The notes: generated from the letters alone by a model not told the origin. DNA of 23,285 nt from Chlamydiia bacterium (GCA_038257035.1 JBBSJT010000026.1:1-23285), one strand, 5' to 3'; numbered from the stretch's first letter, positions 7,866 to 16,773 are shown. Numbers and translations: made by a program.

Positions 7866-8396
7866 TTAGTTTCCTGAAACTGCTTCTTCGTTTATACCGT
7901 CAGTAAACATAGTTCCTTCGGCAATTTTTGTAAGCGCTTTATTAGCACCGCCTTCTTCATCTAAGGATTCTTGAAGAAGATCAACTATTTCGTCCTCTAA
8001 ATCTAAGTATGTTGCAAAGCTACGCAATGTGCCATAAGAAGCAATTTCGTAATGTTCAACCTTCTGAGCGCAACTAATAATAGCCGCATCTAAAGTAGCT
8101 GATTTTGTTTGACCTTCAAGCATTTCATCAGCTTCCTTGATAATCCCTTCCATCCCTTCGCAAAATTCCTCTTCGACGGGAAGACCTAATATTGAAAATA
8201 TTTTTTCTAGTCGCTTTACCTGATATTTTGTTTCTTTTAGATGGTTTGACAAACCGTCTTTTAGATCCTTAAATGAGGCTAGACTTATTAATTTAGGTAA
8301 CGATTCAACAATTTGATTTTCAGCACTATACATATCTTTAAGTTCAGTTAAGAACAAATCTTTGAGCGTTTTCATTTTTTTTGTTTTTGTAGCCAT
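7866..8396 (-). CDS. yciF: Ferritin-like DUF892 stress protein (YciF/YciE family); start revised to MATKTKK
   Basis: LKDMYSAENQ, HLKETKYQVKRL, CEGMEGII, AQKVEHYEIASYGTL, LDEE; GAGGAG RBS before the ATG at 8396. Confidence 0.9.
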   Translation of the reverse strand: MATKTKKMKTLKDLFLTELKDMYSAENQIVESLPKLISLASFKDLKDGLSNHLKETKYQVKRLEKIFSILGLPVEEEFCEGMEGIIKEADEMLEGQTKSATLDAAIISCAQKVEHYEIASYGTLRSFATYLDLEDEIVDLLQESLDEEGGANKALTKIAEGTMFTDGINEEAVSGN

Positions 8397-8747
8397 ACTT
8401 AACTCCTCTTTGGTATTAAATAAATTTTTTAGAATGTAAGCAATAAATCTATAGATTAGGTAATTAAACAAAGAACAAGGGGGTACAACTAAAAACAGTT
8501 ATTAACCCCTATAACATCACAATAGTTTATATTATTTTAAATAGATATAAATTTATTTAAATATTTTTAGTTAAAATTTAATTACCTACTTAAATAGCAT
8601 ATCCCATTCTCGCAGCAATAACACTTCTTTGTCAAAATTCCATTTGAAATAATATAAAGAAAAAATATTGAATAAAAAAAACTCGATTGATTATATGAAC
8701 GATGGAGGCAATGATATTTGCCAAAATTAAATATTAAGGAGTAAACA

Positions 8748-8903
8748 ATGGCAAATTCCAATAGACGACACTTAAGTCCTAGACTTAACAGTCTTTATAT
8801 AGAAAATTCCTCTATGTACCCTCTGATCGATTCCTTGCCTATTCAAATTTTTACTTCCTCGTTAAAACGTAAAACAACACCTCCTTGCCTTAAGAAAAAA
8901 TAA
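8748..8903 (+). CDS. Putative small basic protein (51 aa), not in the ORF track
   Basis: AAGGAG RBS ahead of the ATG; open frame MANSNRRHLSPRLNSLY...KRKTTPPCLKKK ending TAA at 8901-8903. Confidence 0.5.
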   Translation: MANSNRRHLSPRLNSLYIENSSMYPLIDSLPIQIFTSSLKRKTTPPCLKKK

Positions 8904-8964
8904 AGATCATTTACTTTTGTATTTTTTTTAGTACACTTAAATTAAAAATTTTAAGGTATCTTAA

Positions 8965-10161
8965 GTGTTACAAATAACTGCTTGCGCTTGTTCAATCCCC
9001 TGTTTCCCATCTTACAACATCAAAGAAATGAGCCTAGAAGAAAAAGTTGGCCAAATCATGATGGTTCATTTTCGTGGTGAAACCATTAACGATGAAGCTA
9101 AATCCTTAATCCAAGATATTAAGGTTGGAGGATTCATCTATTACAATTGGTCAAACGGATTAAGCTCCCCTAAACAAATTCAAACCCTAAGCATGGATCT
9201 TCAAGCTCTGGCCAGAATCCCACTTTTGATTGCCACCGATCAAGAAGGGGGAAGAGTTACAAGATTAAAAGATGGTTTTACCAAATTTCCGGGAAATGCT
9301 GCTTTGGGATTAACTGCTAATCCTATGCTGGCAATGGAGGCGGCAGTTGTTATGGGAGAAGAAATGCATGCCGTTGGTATTAATATGAATCTTGCACCGG
9401 TTGTAGATATCAATAGTAACATTAATAATCCGGTGATAGGTAATCGCGCATTTGGAGATTGTCCGAAAACCGTAGTTGATTTTGGTCTCCAAGCCTTAAA
9501 AGGTTTTAAAAAAGCCAATGTCATCACAACATTAAAACATTTCCCTGGTCATGGCGACACTGCTGAGGATTCACATGTATCTCTACCTATCAACAATAAA
9601 ACCATGCAACAGTTGGAAGAGATGGAATTGATTCCTTTTGCAACACTTGAATCAGATGCCATCATGACAGCACATATGCTCGTTCCTTCTTTTGACAAAG
9701 AAAATTGTTCAACCCTTTCTTTCAAAACCCTTAATTTTTTAAGACAGAATTTGGGTTTTAAAGGTGTTATTATCAGTGATTCTCTGGTGATGGAAGGTGT
9801 TTTAAAAAAATGTCTTAACATTGAAAATACTTCCCTGCAAGCATTGCAAGCCGGATGTGATATTCTCCTCTTAGGAGGGCATCAATTGAATGGAAATTCA
9901 AGCCTTGAACTTAAATTTAAAGACATTCAACGTATACATAAAAGCATCGTACAATCCGTAAAGAATGACAAAAATTTGGAATTAAGGCTAAATGGTGCAG
10001 TGGAAAGAATTCTTACACTCAAAGAAAAGTATTTATGCATTCAACATTATCAAAAAAGACAAGATTTAGGGCTCTTCGTCAATATCTTAGAGCATCAGGA
10101 GCTTGCCCTAAAAATCGAAATCCTCTCCAATAAATCCTCAATAGGTGCATACACCGGTTGA
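8965..10161 (+). CDS. nagZ: Beta-N-acetylhexosaminidase, GH3 (NagZ)
   Basis: DQEGGRV, LAPVVD, NagZ signature KHFPGHGxxxxDSH, IMTAH, GVIISDSLVM. Start uncertain (GTG 8965 or ATG 9028). Confidence 0.9.
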   Translation: MLQITACACSIPCFPSYNIKEMSLEEKVGQIMMVHFRGETINDEAKSLIQDIKVGGFIYYNWSNGLSSPKQIQTLSMDLQALARIPLLIATDQEGGRVTRLKDGFTKFPGNAALGLTANPMLAMEAAVVMGEEMHAVGINMNLAPVVDINSNINNPVIGNRAFGDCPKTVVDFGLQALKGFKKANVITTLKHFPGHGDTAEDSHVSLPINNKTMQQLEEMELIPFATLESDAIMTAHMLVPSFDKENCSTLSFKTLNFLRQNLGFKGVIISDSLVMEGVLKKCLNIENTSLQALQAGCDILLLGGHQLNGNSSLELKFKDIQRIHKSIVQSVKNDKNLELRLNGAVERILTLKEKYLCIQHYQKRQDLGLFVNILEHQELALKIEILSNKSSIGAYTG

Positions 10162-10228
10162 ACTTCAAAGTGATAAATTTTTTAAAAAATTAAGAGTATG
10201 CTTCTAAGAGACTTATTTAAACGTCTAT

Positions 10229-10401
10229 GATTTTTTCAACGCAGAGACGCAGAGACGCGGAGACGCAGAGAAGCGCGCCTAAGCGCGAAATTAGACAAAT
10301 TAAATTCTTTTCTAAGCCACGAAAAAACGATTTCTTTTTCTTATTCTTTTCGCGCTTTAGCGCGCTTCTCTGCGTCTCTGAGTCTCTGCGTTGAAAAAAT
10401 C
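10229..10401. repeat. Long palindromic element, family B (8-bp CGCAGAGA units)
   Basis: gattttttcaacgcagagac...aagcgcgaaa (10229-10290) pairs with 10348-10401; the left arm has one extra 8-bp unit. Confidence 0.93.
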
Positions 10402-10439
10402 TGAAACTTTTTACTTTCAGGCAGTACCAGCATATACAT

Positions 10440-12602
10440 TCAGGTGATGTGTATGGATTTTAAGGGTTGCTGCTTATCTTTCATATTAAGTCTTTTACCA
10501 TCCCCTGAAAGGGTTGATGGTTTTTTGTTCACAATATAATAAAGATGATCATTTTTATCGACATGTAAAAAAGAGGTTCCTCGACTGTAATTCAAATAGG
10601 TCATCAACTTTTTTGATTCAGCTGATATTTTCCATACGCTTTTAGATGCTTGATCGAAAACCCAAAGCTCACCAGTTAGAGGATTAATCATATGTTCCTC
10701 ATGAGAATAAAACTTGGTAGTACTATAAGTAACTTTTACATTTTCAGTGTCAGTCTCAAGATCTATAAAAATTGGGGAAGTATCAGAAATATTTTTTGAA
10801 AAGAGTACAATATGTTGCTTATCGTAAGAAATATTACCAAAAGTTATCTTTCTTATATTAATCGGGATTTTTGTTTCAATTGGTGAGATAACGTCTTTAT
10901 CGAGCTTTAAAGTTCTGATTGTTAATAATCTTCCTGATTTATTTAAAGGATCGTTTTCGATTGCAATAAGCTTATCATCCATAACATGAGCCTCGTTACA
11001 GCCCTCAATTGTTGCAAGATGACCTGTCGGTCCACAAACGAGCAATTTATCAAAACTTTGAAATCCACAGTGAGTTGAAAAAGGTCGTAAAAACCCATTT
11101 GGAGCTTTTAATTCAAAAGAAGGGATCCATTTATTTTTCTGAAGACGCCCACCAATTAATTTGCGGTGGGGACCATCATGCACCATTTGATAAATATTAC
11201 CCGTTGAACTGATATGCATGGATTCAAAATTATTTATAGAAGCCGCAGGTAACTTTAATTCAAATTCGAACTCACCTGTTTCTGCATTAATAAAATGCAG
11301 TTTTTTTTCCCTAATAAATTGAAATACCAGAAAATCTCCGACCTGTTTTATTTTAGGAAAATCATTTATCAAGGTATTTTTATCATCCCCCATAATTAAA
11401 GGAATAGTCCAAATGCGTTTTTCACTATGCATGTCATAGGCATTAAGATAGGTTAGATGTTTAAAAGTTTGCACCCCTATCATTAAAGATCCTTGAATAA
11501 ATACGCTCTTCATTCTTAAGCCATTGAAACTTAGCCTGATGCACGCTTCTTGACGGTTTGCTTTTCCATACTTAAATTCAAGCAGAGAGTGCTGAGAGAT
11601 TAATCTAAAAGCAAACTCATAAATATTCGGAAATCTCATCTTTAATGCTTCTAAATTAGGAATTACTTTTTTTAAAGATTTAGCATTAAAAACTTTATAA
11701 AGATAATGTCCCAAAGTTGCGGTGTCGTGATCAATACTTGAAATCATTGTCTTTAAAATGACCAACCTACTTTCATTTGTAAGAATTTCTAAAACATTCA
11801 TCAGAATATTTAATTTATTTGGCCACTGAAATATGGGGGTATTTTCAAATAAATCAGGGAGTAAATCGAAAAATAAAGGAAACGATTCTTCCAACAGCAC
11901 TTCTTCAAAAATAGATTTGCAAGCTTTTGATTCTCGATAAATCATGATTTCTACTACTTTTTCCCAGTTGGCTTTACAACCTTTATCTTCTAAGAACTGT
12001 GTGAGCACATCCGTGACGCTGGAATTATAAAAAAAACGCCTTCTTGGCATCTTGAAAGAGCATTCTCCATATCTATTAAATAGCCACAAAAAATAGTACC
12101 CTGCTCGGTTATCTGCATTTTTTTTATAAGTATGAAGAAGATAGAAACAACTTTTTACAACCTCGCCCACATCATTATCAATTTGAAAAGAAAAAAGTTT
12201 ATCCAATTCTTTTTCACTCATCCAGTGGCTTGTTCGTGTCATCATGTATGACAAAATTTTATCATCTTGACCTAAAACATACTTTAGAGAGTTTTCTGTA
12301 AGAATTTTATCTGAAGAAGATAGAAGACCTGTTTGACAAAAAATTTGAAAAGCTTCTGCATGATCTTGTACAAAAATTTTAATTTTATAAATTCTTTCAT
12401 CAAGCGATGAAGTGCTATTTGAAATTTTTTTATCTGATAATTTTCCTATATTTTGTCTTTCGATAAATTCAAGGGCAATTTTAGCAAATAAGGTAATGCC
12501 AACTTCCCAATCCTCGTCCTTGATAGGTAAAGATTTTTCGGTTTTATTCCAGCTTTCAAGTAACGTTTCCTGCACCAATTTATAATAAGTTACATCATTC
12601 AT
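10440..12602 (-). CDS. Large hypothetical protein: helical N-terminal half, beta-propeller-like C-terminal half
   Basis: Long ORF (to 12680 at most; ATG 12602 leaves room for divergent promoters). Blade-like motifs LNAYDMHSEKRIWTIPL, LHFINAETGE and INPLTGELWV. Confidence 0.75.
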   Translation of the reverse strand: MNDVTYYKLVQETLLESWNKTEKSLPIKDEDWEVGITLFAKIALEFIERQNIGKLSDKKISNSTSSLDERIYKIKIFVQDHAEAFQIFCQTGLLSSSDKILTENSLKYVLGQDDKILSYMMTRTSHWMSEKELDKLFSFQIDNDVGEVVKSCFYLLHTYKKNADNRAGYYFLWLFNRYGECSFKMPRRRFFYNSSVTDVLTQFLEDKGCKANWEKVVEIMIYRESKACKSIFEEVLLEESFPLFFDLLPDLFENTPIFQWPNKLNILMNVLEILTNESRLVILKTMISSIDHDTATLGHYLYKVFNAKSLKKVIPNLEALKMRFPNIYEFAFRLISQHSLLEFKYGKANRQEACIRLSFNGLRMKSVFIQGSLMIGVQTFKHLTYLNAYDMHSEKRIWTIPLIMGDDKNTLINDFPKIKQVGDFLVFQFIREKKLHFINAETGEFEFELKLPAASINNFESMHISSTGNIYQMVHDGPHRKLIGGRLQKNKWIPSFELKAPNGFLRPFSTHCGFQSFDKLLVCGPTGHLATIEGCNEAHVMDDKLIAIENDPLNKSGRLLTIRTLKLDKDVISPIETKIPINIRKITFGNISYDKQHIVLFSKNISDTSPIFIDLETDTENVKVTYSTTKFYSHEEHMINPLTGELWVFDQASKSVWKISAESKKLMTYLNYSRGTSFLHVDKNDHLYYIVNKKPSTLSGDGKRLNMKDKQQPLKSIHIT

Positions 12603-12712
12603 CTGATTCCGATGGTTTTCGAAGGTTGATATTTTATAGAAATCTATTTTGCACTTTTCTTCATAATAGTGCAAAGTCATGTTATCAAAAAAATGGAAGT
12701 GGAGCTCTTTTC

Positions 12713-13741
12713 TTGAAAATAGAACTTTTAAACTTGGCTGAATTTAATATCCCACTTAAGAGCAATCAACTGCGAAGAGGTGTACTAATTAACCTTTTTG
12801 ATGACAAAGGGGCTAACAGTTGGGCAGAGATTTCCCCACTCCCTAAATGGAGCCTTGAAACATTAGAAGACTCTATATTGCAATTAAAAGAAAAACAATA
12901 TGAAATTTTTAACATTAACTGGACAACTGATAACTTCTTTACTGAAATTTCAAAACTAGAATTATTGCCTTCAGTTACATTTGGACTTGAATCTGCTCTT
13001 TTATCGCTTTTAAATCCTCTGCAAAATCATACGGTAAAAACTAGTGCTCTACTCATGGGAACCTACGAAGAAATTTTGGAACAAGCAAAAATAAAAAAAC
13101 TCCAAGGATTTACTTCAGCAAAATTAAAGGTTTCCAATCTAACATTTGATGAGGCTTTTCTTGTAATCCATCAATTGAAGGATAATTTTTCTTTAAGAAT
13201 AGATGTCAATCGTGCATGGACAACTTCAGAATCAATTGCTTTTTTTGCACAATTCCCGTTGAATTCCTTTGATTATGTTGAAGAACCTTTTCAAAACCCA
13301 AATGATTTAGCAAAATTTTTACATCCTTTAGCAATAGATGAATCTTATCCAACAGATCTTGGACTAAGTCAGCTAGAGCTATTGCCTACATTAAAGGCGA
13401 TCATTTATAAGCCAACAATTCAAGGTGGGATACTGGGTTGTTTGGCATTACAGGATTTTGCAAAAAAACGAGGCCTTGAACTTGTTCTAAGTAGTAGTTT
13501 TGAAAGTGATGTAGGTCTTAGCTATATAGGGTCCATGGCACATCGGCTTTTACTCGATGCCCCAATTGGGATCGGCACTTATGATTATTTGAGTAAGACT
13601 CTTTGCGATAATGCTTTGCAATTTAGAGGGCCGGTTGTGTACATACCGGGTGTTGTTCTACCAAAGAGATTCACCACTAAGGGGGACCTTTTTACCGCGA
13701 AGGACGCGAAGAAAGACGCGAAGGCTCGCGAAGAAGCTTAG
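12713..13741 (+). CDS. menC: o-Succinylbenzoate synthase (enolase superfamily); start revised to TTG 12713
   Basis: EISPLP, KLKV, LRIDVNRAW, YVEEP, AIDES, KPTIQG, SSSFESDVGL; GGAG 8 nt before the TTG at 12713. Confidence 0.88.
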   Translation: MKIELLNLAEFNIPLKSNQLRRGVLINLFDDKGANSWAEISPLPKWSLETLEDSILQLKEKQYEIFNINWTTDNFFTEISKLELLPSVTFGLESALLSLLNPLQNHTVKTSALLMGTYEEILEQAKIKKLQGFTSAKLKVSNLTFDEAFLVIHQLKDNFSLRIDVNRAWTTSESIAFFAQFPLNSFDYVEEPFQNPNDLAKFLHPLAIDESYPTDLGLSQLELLPTLKAIIYKPTIQGGILGCLALQDFAKKRGLELVLSSSFESDVGLSYIGSMAHRLLLDAPIGIGTYDYLSKTLCDNALQFRGPVVYIPGVVLPKRFTTKGDLFTAKDAKKDAKAREEA

Positions 13742-13902
13742 CTGAAGCGCGAAAGACAAGGGAAGGTTGTTGATCTTTGCAAAGGCTGATGTGTTCTTCA
13801 AGTCGTTCTGCCCTCTTCCTTATCGCGCTTAAGCTAAGCTTCTTCGCGTGCCTTCGCGTCTTTCTTCGCGTCCTTCGCGGTAAAAAGGTCCTCCTTAGTG
13901 GT
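13673..13902. repeat. Long palindromic element, family C (CGCGAAG units), overlapping the menC 3' end
   Basis: 80-bp arms 13673-13752 and 13823-13902, complementary at 77 of 80 positions. Confidence 0.95.
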
Positions 13903-14001
13903 AGTGTCTTGGCGGAAAATCTCTTTATTGATTTTTATTGATTAAATACTTATGCAAGATTTATGATGCATCCCGTCACTACTACCTAAAAAGAAGGAAA
14001 T

Positions 14002-14232
14002 ATGAAAAAATTATTATTTTTAGCCTTGTTTGCTACTTCATTCATCACTTTTGATCTAAAAGCTCAATCGACAGAAACAGCACAAACGGAAGAAGCAAAG
14101 GCTACTGCTCCACAGCCAAAAAAGCAAAAAAAATATGCTAATATCAAATGCAAAAATGGTGGCTGCCTAAGACTAAAAGGTAAAGGAAAAGCAACTCCTT
14201 TTGTTCGAAGTAAAGCTAAAACGATAAACTAG
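14002..14232 (+). CDS. Small secreted Lys-rich protein (76 aa)
   Basis: AAGGA RBS; signal peptide MKKLLFLALFATSFITFDLKA; CKNGGC. Confidence 0.8.
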   Translation: MKKLLFLALFATSFITFDLKAQSTETAQTEEAKATAPQPKKQKKYANIKCKNGGCLRLKGKGKATPFVRSKAKTIN

Positions 14233-14329
14233 CTGAATTAAAGACCATCAGTTTTAATTGTAATTAATAATCTATTATATGTTAAAATTAAATTAGATTG
14301 CAATAAACAATTAATAATTGGTGGTTACT

Positions 14330-16753
14330 ATGGAGCCGGTAAATTTTAATAATGCTAAACCAGTCTCTAATGTTGAAAAAAAAGGTGAATCTGCTGAAAT
14401 AAAAAAAGCAGATCAGCTTGGTAAAAAGACACTTCATACTGAATCAAAAAAGAGTGTAAGTCAGATCCAAGGTGTCATATCAAGGAAAAAATTAAGAGCA
14501 TCGTCAAAAGAGGCATCATTATCAGCCTCTCATGTCGAAAAGGTAAAAATTAACCTTTCCACTAAACTTAAAAACCTTGACCCTCCCTCTATCGAAGAAC
14601 GAAAAAATAATGCCTCTAGTCAATTAAATAGTCCTGTGTCTGCCGGCAAAGAGAAGCTTCTTAAAAGCATCATCAAAGATCCTGAAAACACAGCATCAGA
14701 GATATTGGACTCTGATCGTTTGATAATTGGTGAAAAAATCATTCCAAGATCCCAGTTTTATACCAAAGACAAAGAGCTAATGAGCGAAAAATCTCTATAT
14801 CGCTTTATTTCAGACAGCATAGAAGCTTATGTCAAAGAAGCTTATACAAACGAAGAAATTTATTTTGATACTGATGAAATTATAAATTCCGCTCGCCAAG
14901 AATTTGCAAATGAAATTCCTTTAAAATACCCGAATACCATTTCCTACCCTTGGGCAAATGCAGGAAAAATTAACGAAACAAAATTTGATTTTGAAACAGA
15001 TGCTATCTCAAAAAATAGCGATATATTTGTCGTGTCAAAAACAGTGAAAAAAATATTTAAAAATTTAGATAATCCTCAAGAAAAGCCACGCCTCATCATT
15101 TACGAATCACATGTGAAACATCATTTAAAAACAGGGGATGTGGAACTTATTTACACTCTATATGCTGATGGAAAAAAAGAAACTTGGGATCCGGCAAAAA
15201 ATGCTGAAGTTCAAGTGATTGCTCTTTTATTAAAAAATTCAACATTTAGAACATTTAACGATTATGCAGATGTTTTAAAAAACGATCCTCAGTGGAAAAA
15301 TAAGGTAAATGAAGAAATAAAAATGTTAACAAAGGAACAAAAAGAGACTTTAGCCGATTTAGATTTATCAAATTTTAATGATTATGACCGCCAAGTGTTT
15401 CGTGAAATTTTACAAATGGTAAGAAATGAGGGTATTGAAAATGATAATTTAGAATCTAACATCCAAAAATTATTTACGAAAATTATCAATGTTGAAGAAA
15501 AGGAACCTTATTTTAAATATTTAGGGGGCGGTGCTGTAAACAAAGTCTACAGTGTGGATGATGGCACAAACCAGGGTGTTTTTAAGCCTGATCCCTCTGA
15601 AATCGATTTAGTCACTCAAATTAAAGAAAAAAATTTTGGTACAGCAAAAGCCTCAGGAATTCCGGAAGGTGATGATGCGCATTTAACAGCTCGCTCAGTC
15701 GCAAGTTTTGCTTTGGACAAATTACTCTATGGCGATGATAATCCAATTGGTGTTAAAACCGAATATGTGATTGTGAATGGCAAGCGTGGCATTTTAATGG
15801 AAACAGCAAAAGGAGGAAGCCCAGAGCCTCCTATAATGGTAACAGAAGAGCTAAATTTGACTTTTTTAAAAAAAATGAATGCAGCTCATCTTTTAGAAAA
15901 TGGAAAATTAGTTCCCGATGGAGAAAATCAACTTAAAAAGCTATTAGGTGTAGAAGAAATTATACATCAAGATAACAAAATTTTTGTTACTATCCCTGAA
16001 TTTCATATTAAAAAATCAATTGAAGTTAAAATTGACGAAAGTAGCTTTGAATACAAACACATAGAATTGTTTATCAGTAATAAAAAAGTTTTAAGTCCAA
16101 ATGAAGCCAATTTTATACGCTCGCAATTGCCGAATTTTAAAAAAATTAGAATCAGTAGACGTACGGACAATAAACTTGAAATTTTTGTGACAAAAGCCCA
16201 TACTCCAATTAAACTTGAAACCCCTGTGACTGTAGAGGGTTTATTAAAAATGCAGGTATTTGATTGGATTTCAGGGCAAGTAGATCGCCACCCCGGCAAT
16301 TATTATATAGATCCTAAAACATCAAAAGTTCAAGCAATCGATAACGATTGCTCGTTTGGAGTCAATGCCGTACCAAAAGATGTCGATGTACGCTTACAAA
16401 AACCTTTAGGCTTTGTGGTACCCAACAATGGATCTTTAATGCTCAGAATGCCAAATGTGGTCACAAAAGAGATTAAGGAAAACATTAACAATCTTTATTC
16501 TAATCAACAGCAATTAAAAGAAACTCTTAGACAATACATTTCAAATGCTGAAATTGAAGCTACAATAGAGCGTCTCCAAAAACTTGTTGATCATATAAAC
16601 AGCAAAGATTTTTTAGTTGTCGATAATGCAGAGGCTCTATTAAGCTCTGATGCCATGAAAGCCCAAGATTCAAATAACAGTTACTATTTTAGAGAAAGGG
16701 ATCGTTATCGAACCACATCCTGGAACGACCTTAGAATTTATAAAGCTATTTAA
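14330..16753 (+). CDS. Atypical kinase (PI3/PI4-kinase-like fold) with long N-terminal extension; candidate secreted effector
   Basis: Gly loop LGGGAVNKVY, GVFKP, RSVASFALDKLL, catalytic DRHPGN, metal-binding IDND; S/K-rich low-complexity N-terminus; GGTGG before the ATG at 14330. Confidence 0.8.
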   Translation: MEPVNFNNAKPVSNVEKKGESAEIKKADQLGKKTLHTESKKSVSQIQGVISRKKLRASSKEASLSASHVEKVKINLSTKLKNLDPPSIEERKNNASSQLNSPVSAGKEKLLKSIIKDPENTASEILDSDRLIIGEKIIPRSQFYTKDKELMSEKSLYRFISDSIEAYVKEAYTNEEIYFDTDEIINSARQEFANEIPLKYPNTISYPWANAGKINETKFDFETDAISKNSDIFVVSKTVKKIFKNLDNPQEKPRLIIYESHVKHHLKTGDVELIYTLYADGKKETWDPAKNAEVQVIALLLKNSTFRTFNDYADVLKNDPQWKNKVNEEIKMLTKEQKETLADLDLSNFNDYDRQVFREILQMVRNEGIENDNLESNIQKLFTKIINVEEKEPYFKYLGGGAVNKVYSVDDGTNQGVFKPDPSEIDLVTQIKEKNFGTAKASGIPEGDDAHLTARSVASFALDKLLYGDDNPIGVKTEYVIVNGKRGILMETAKGGSPEPPIMVTEELNLTFLKKMNAAHLLENGKLVPDGENQLKKLLGVEEIIHQDNKIFVTIPEFHIKKSIEVKIDESSFEYKHIELFISNKKVLSPNEANFIRSQLPNFKKIRISRRTDNKLEIFVTKAHTPIKLETPVTVEGLLKMQVFDWISGQVDRHPGNYYIDPKTSKVQAIDNDCSFGVNAVPKDVDVRLQKPLGFVVPNNGSLMLRMPNVVTKEIKENINNLYSNQQQLKETLRQYISNAEIEATIERLQKLVDHINSKDFLVVDNAEALLSSDAMKAQDSNNSYYFRERDRYRTTSWNDLRIYKAI

Positions 16754-16773
16754 CACATTAACAGGAAGATATT

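Noticed and set aside
12626..12712. Head-to-head overlap of menC with the 746-aa ORF
   Set aside because: Artefact of longest-ORF starts; the RBS-supported TTG at 12713 removes the overlap.
4717..14270. Exact 14-bp reverse-complement match (ttattaattacaat 4717-4730 / attgtaattaataa 14257-14270) upstream of two orphan genes
   Set aside because: Almost all A/T and in opposite orientations relative to the genes, so plausible by chance in this composition.
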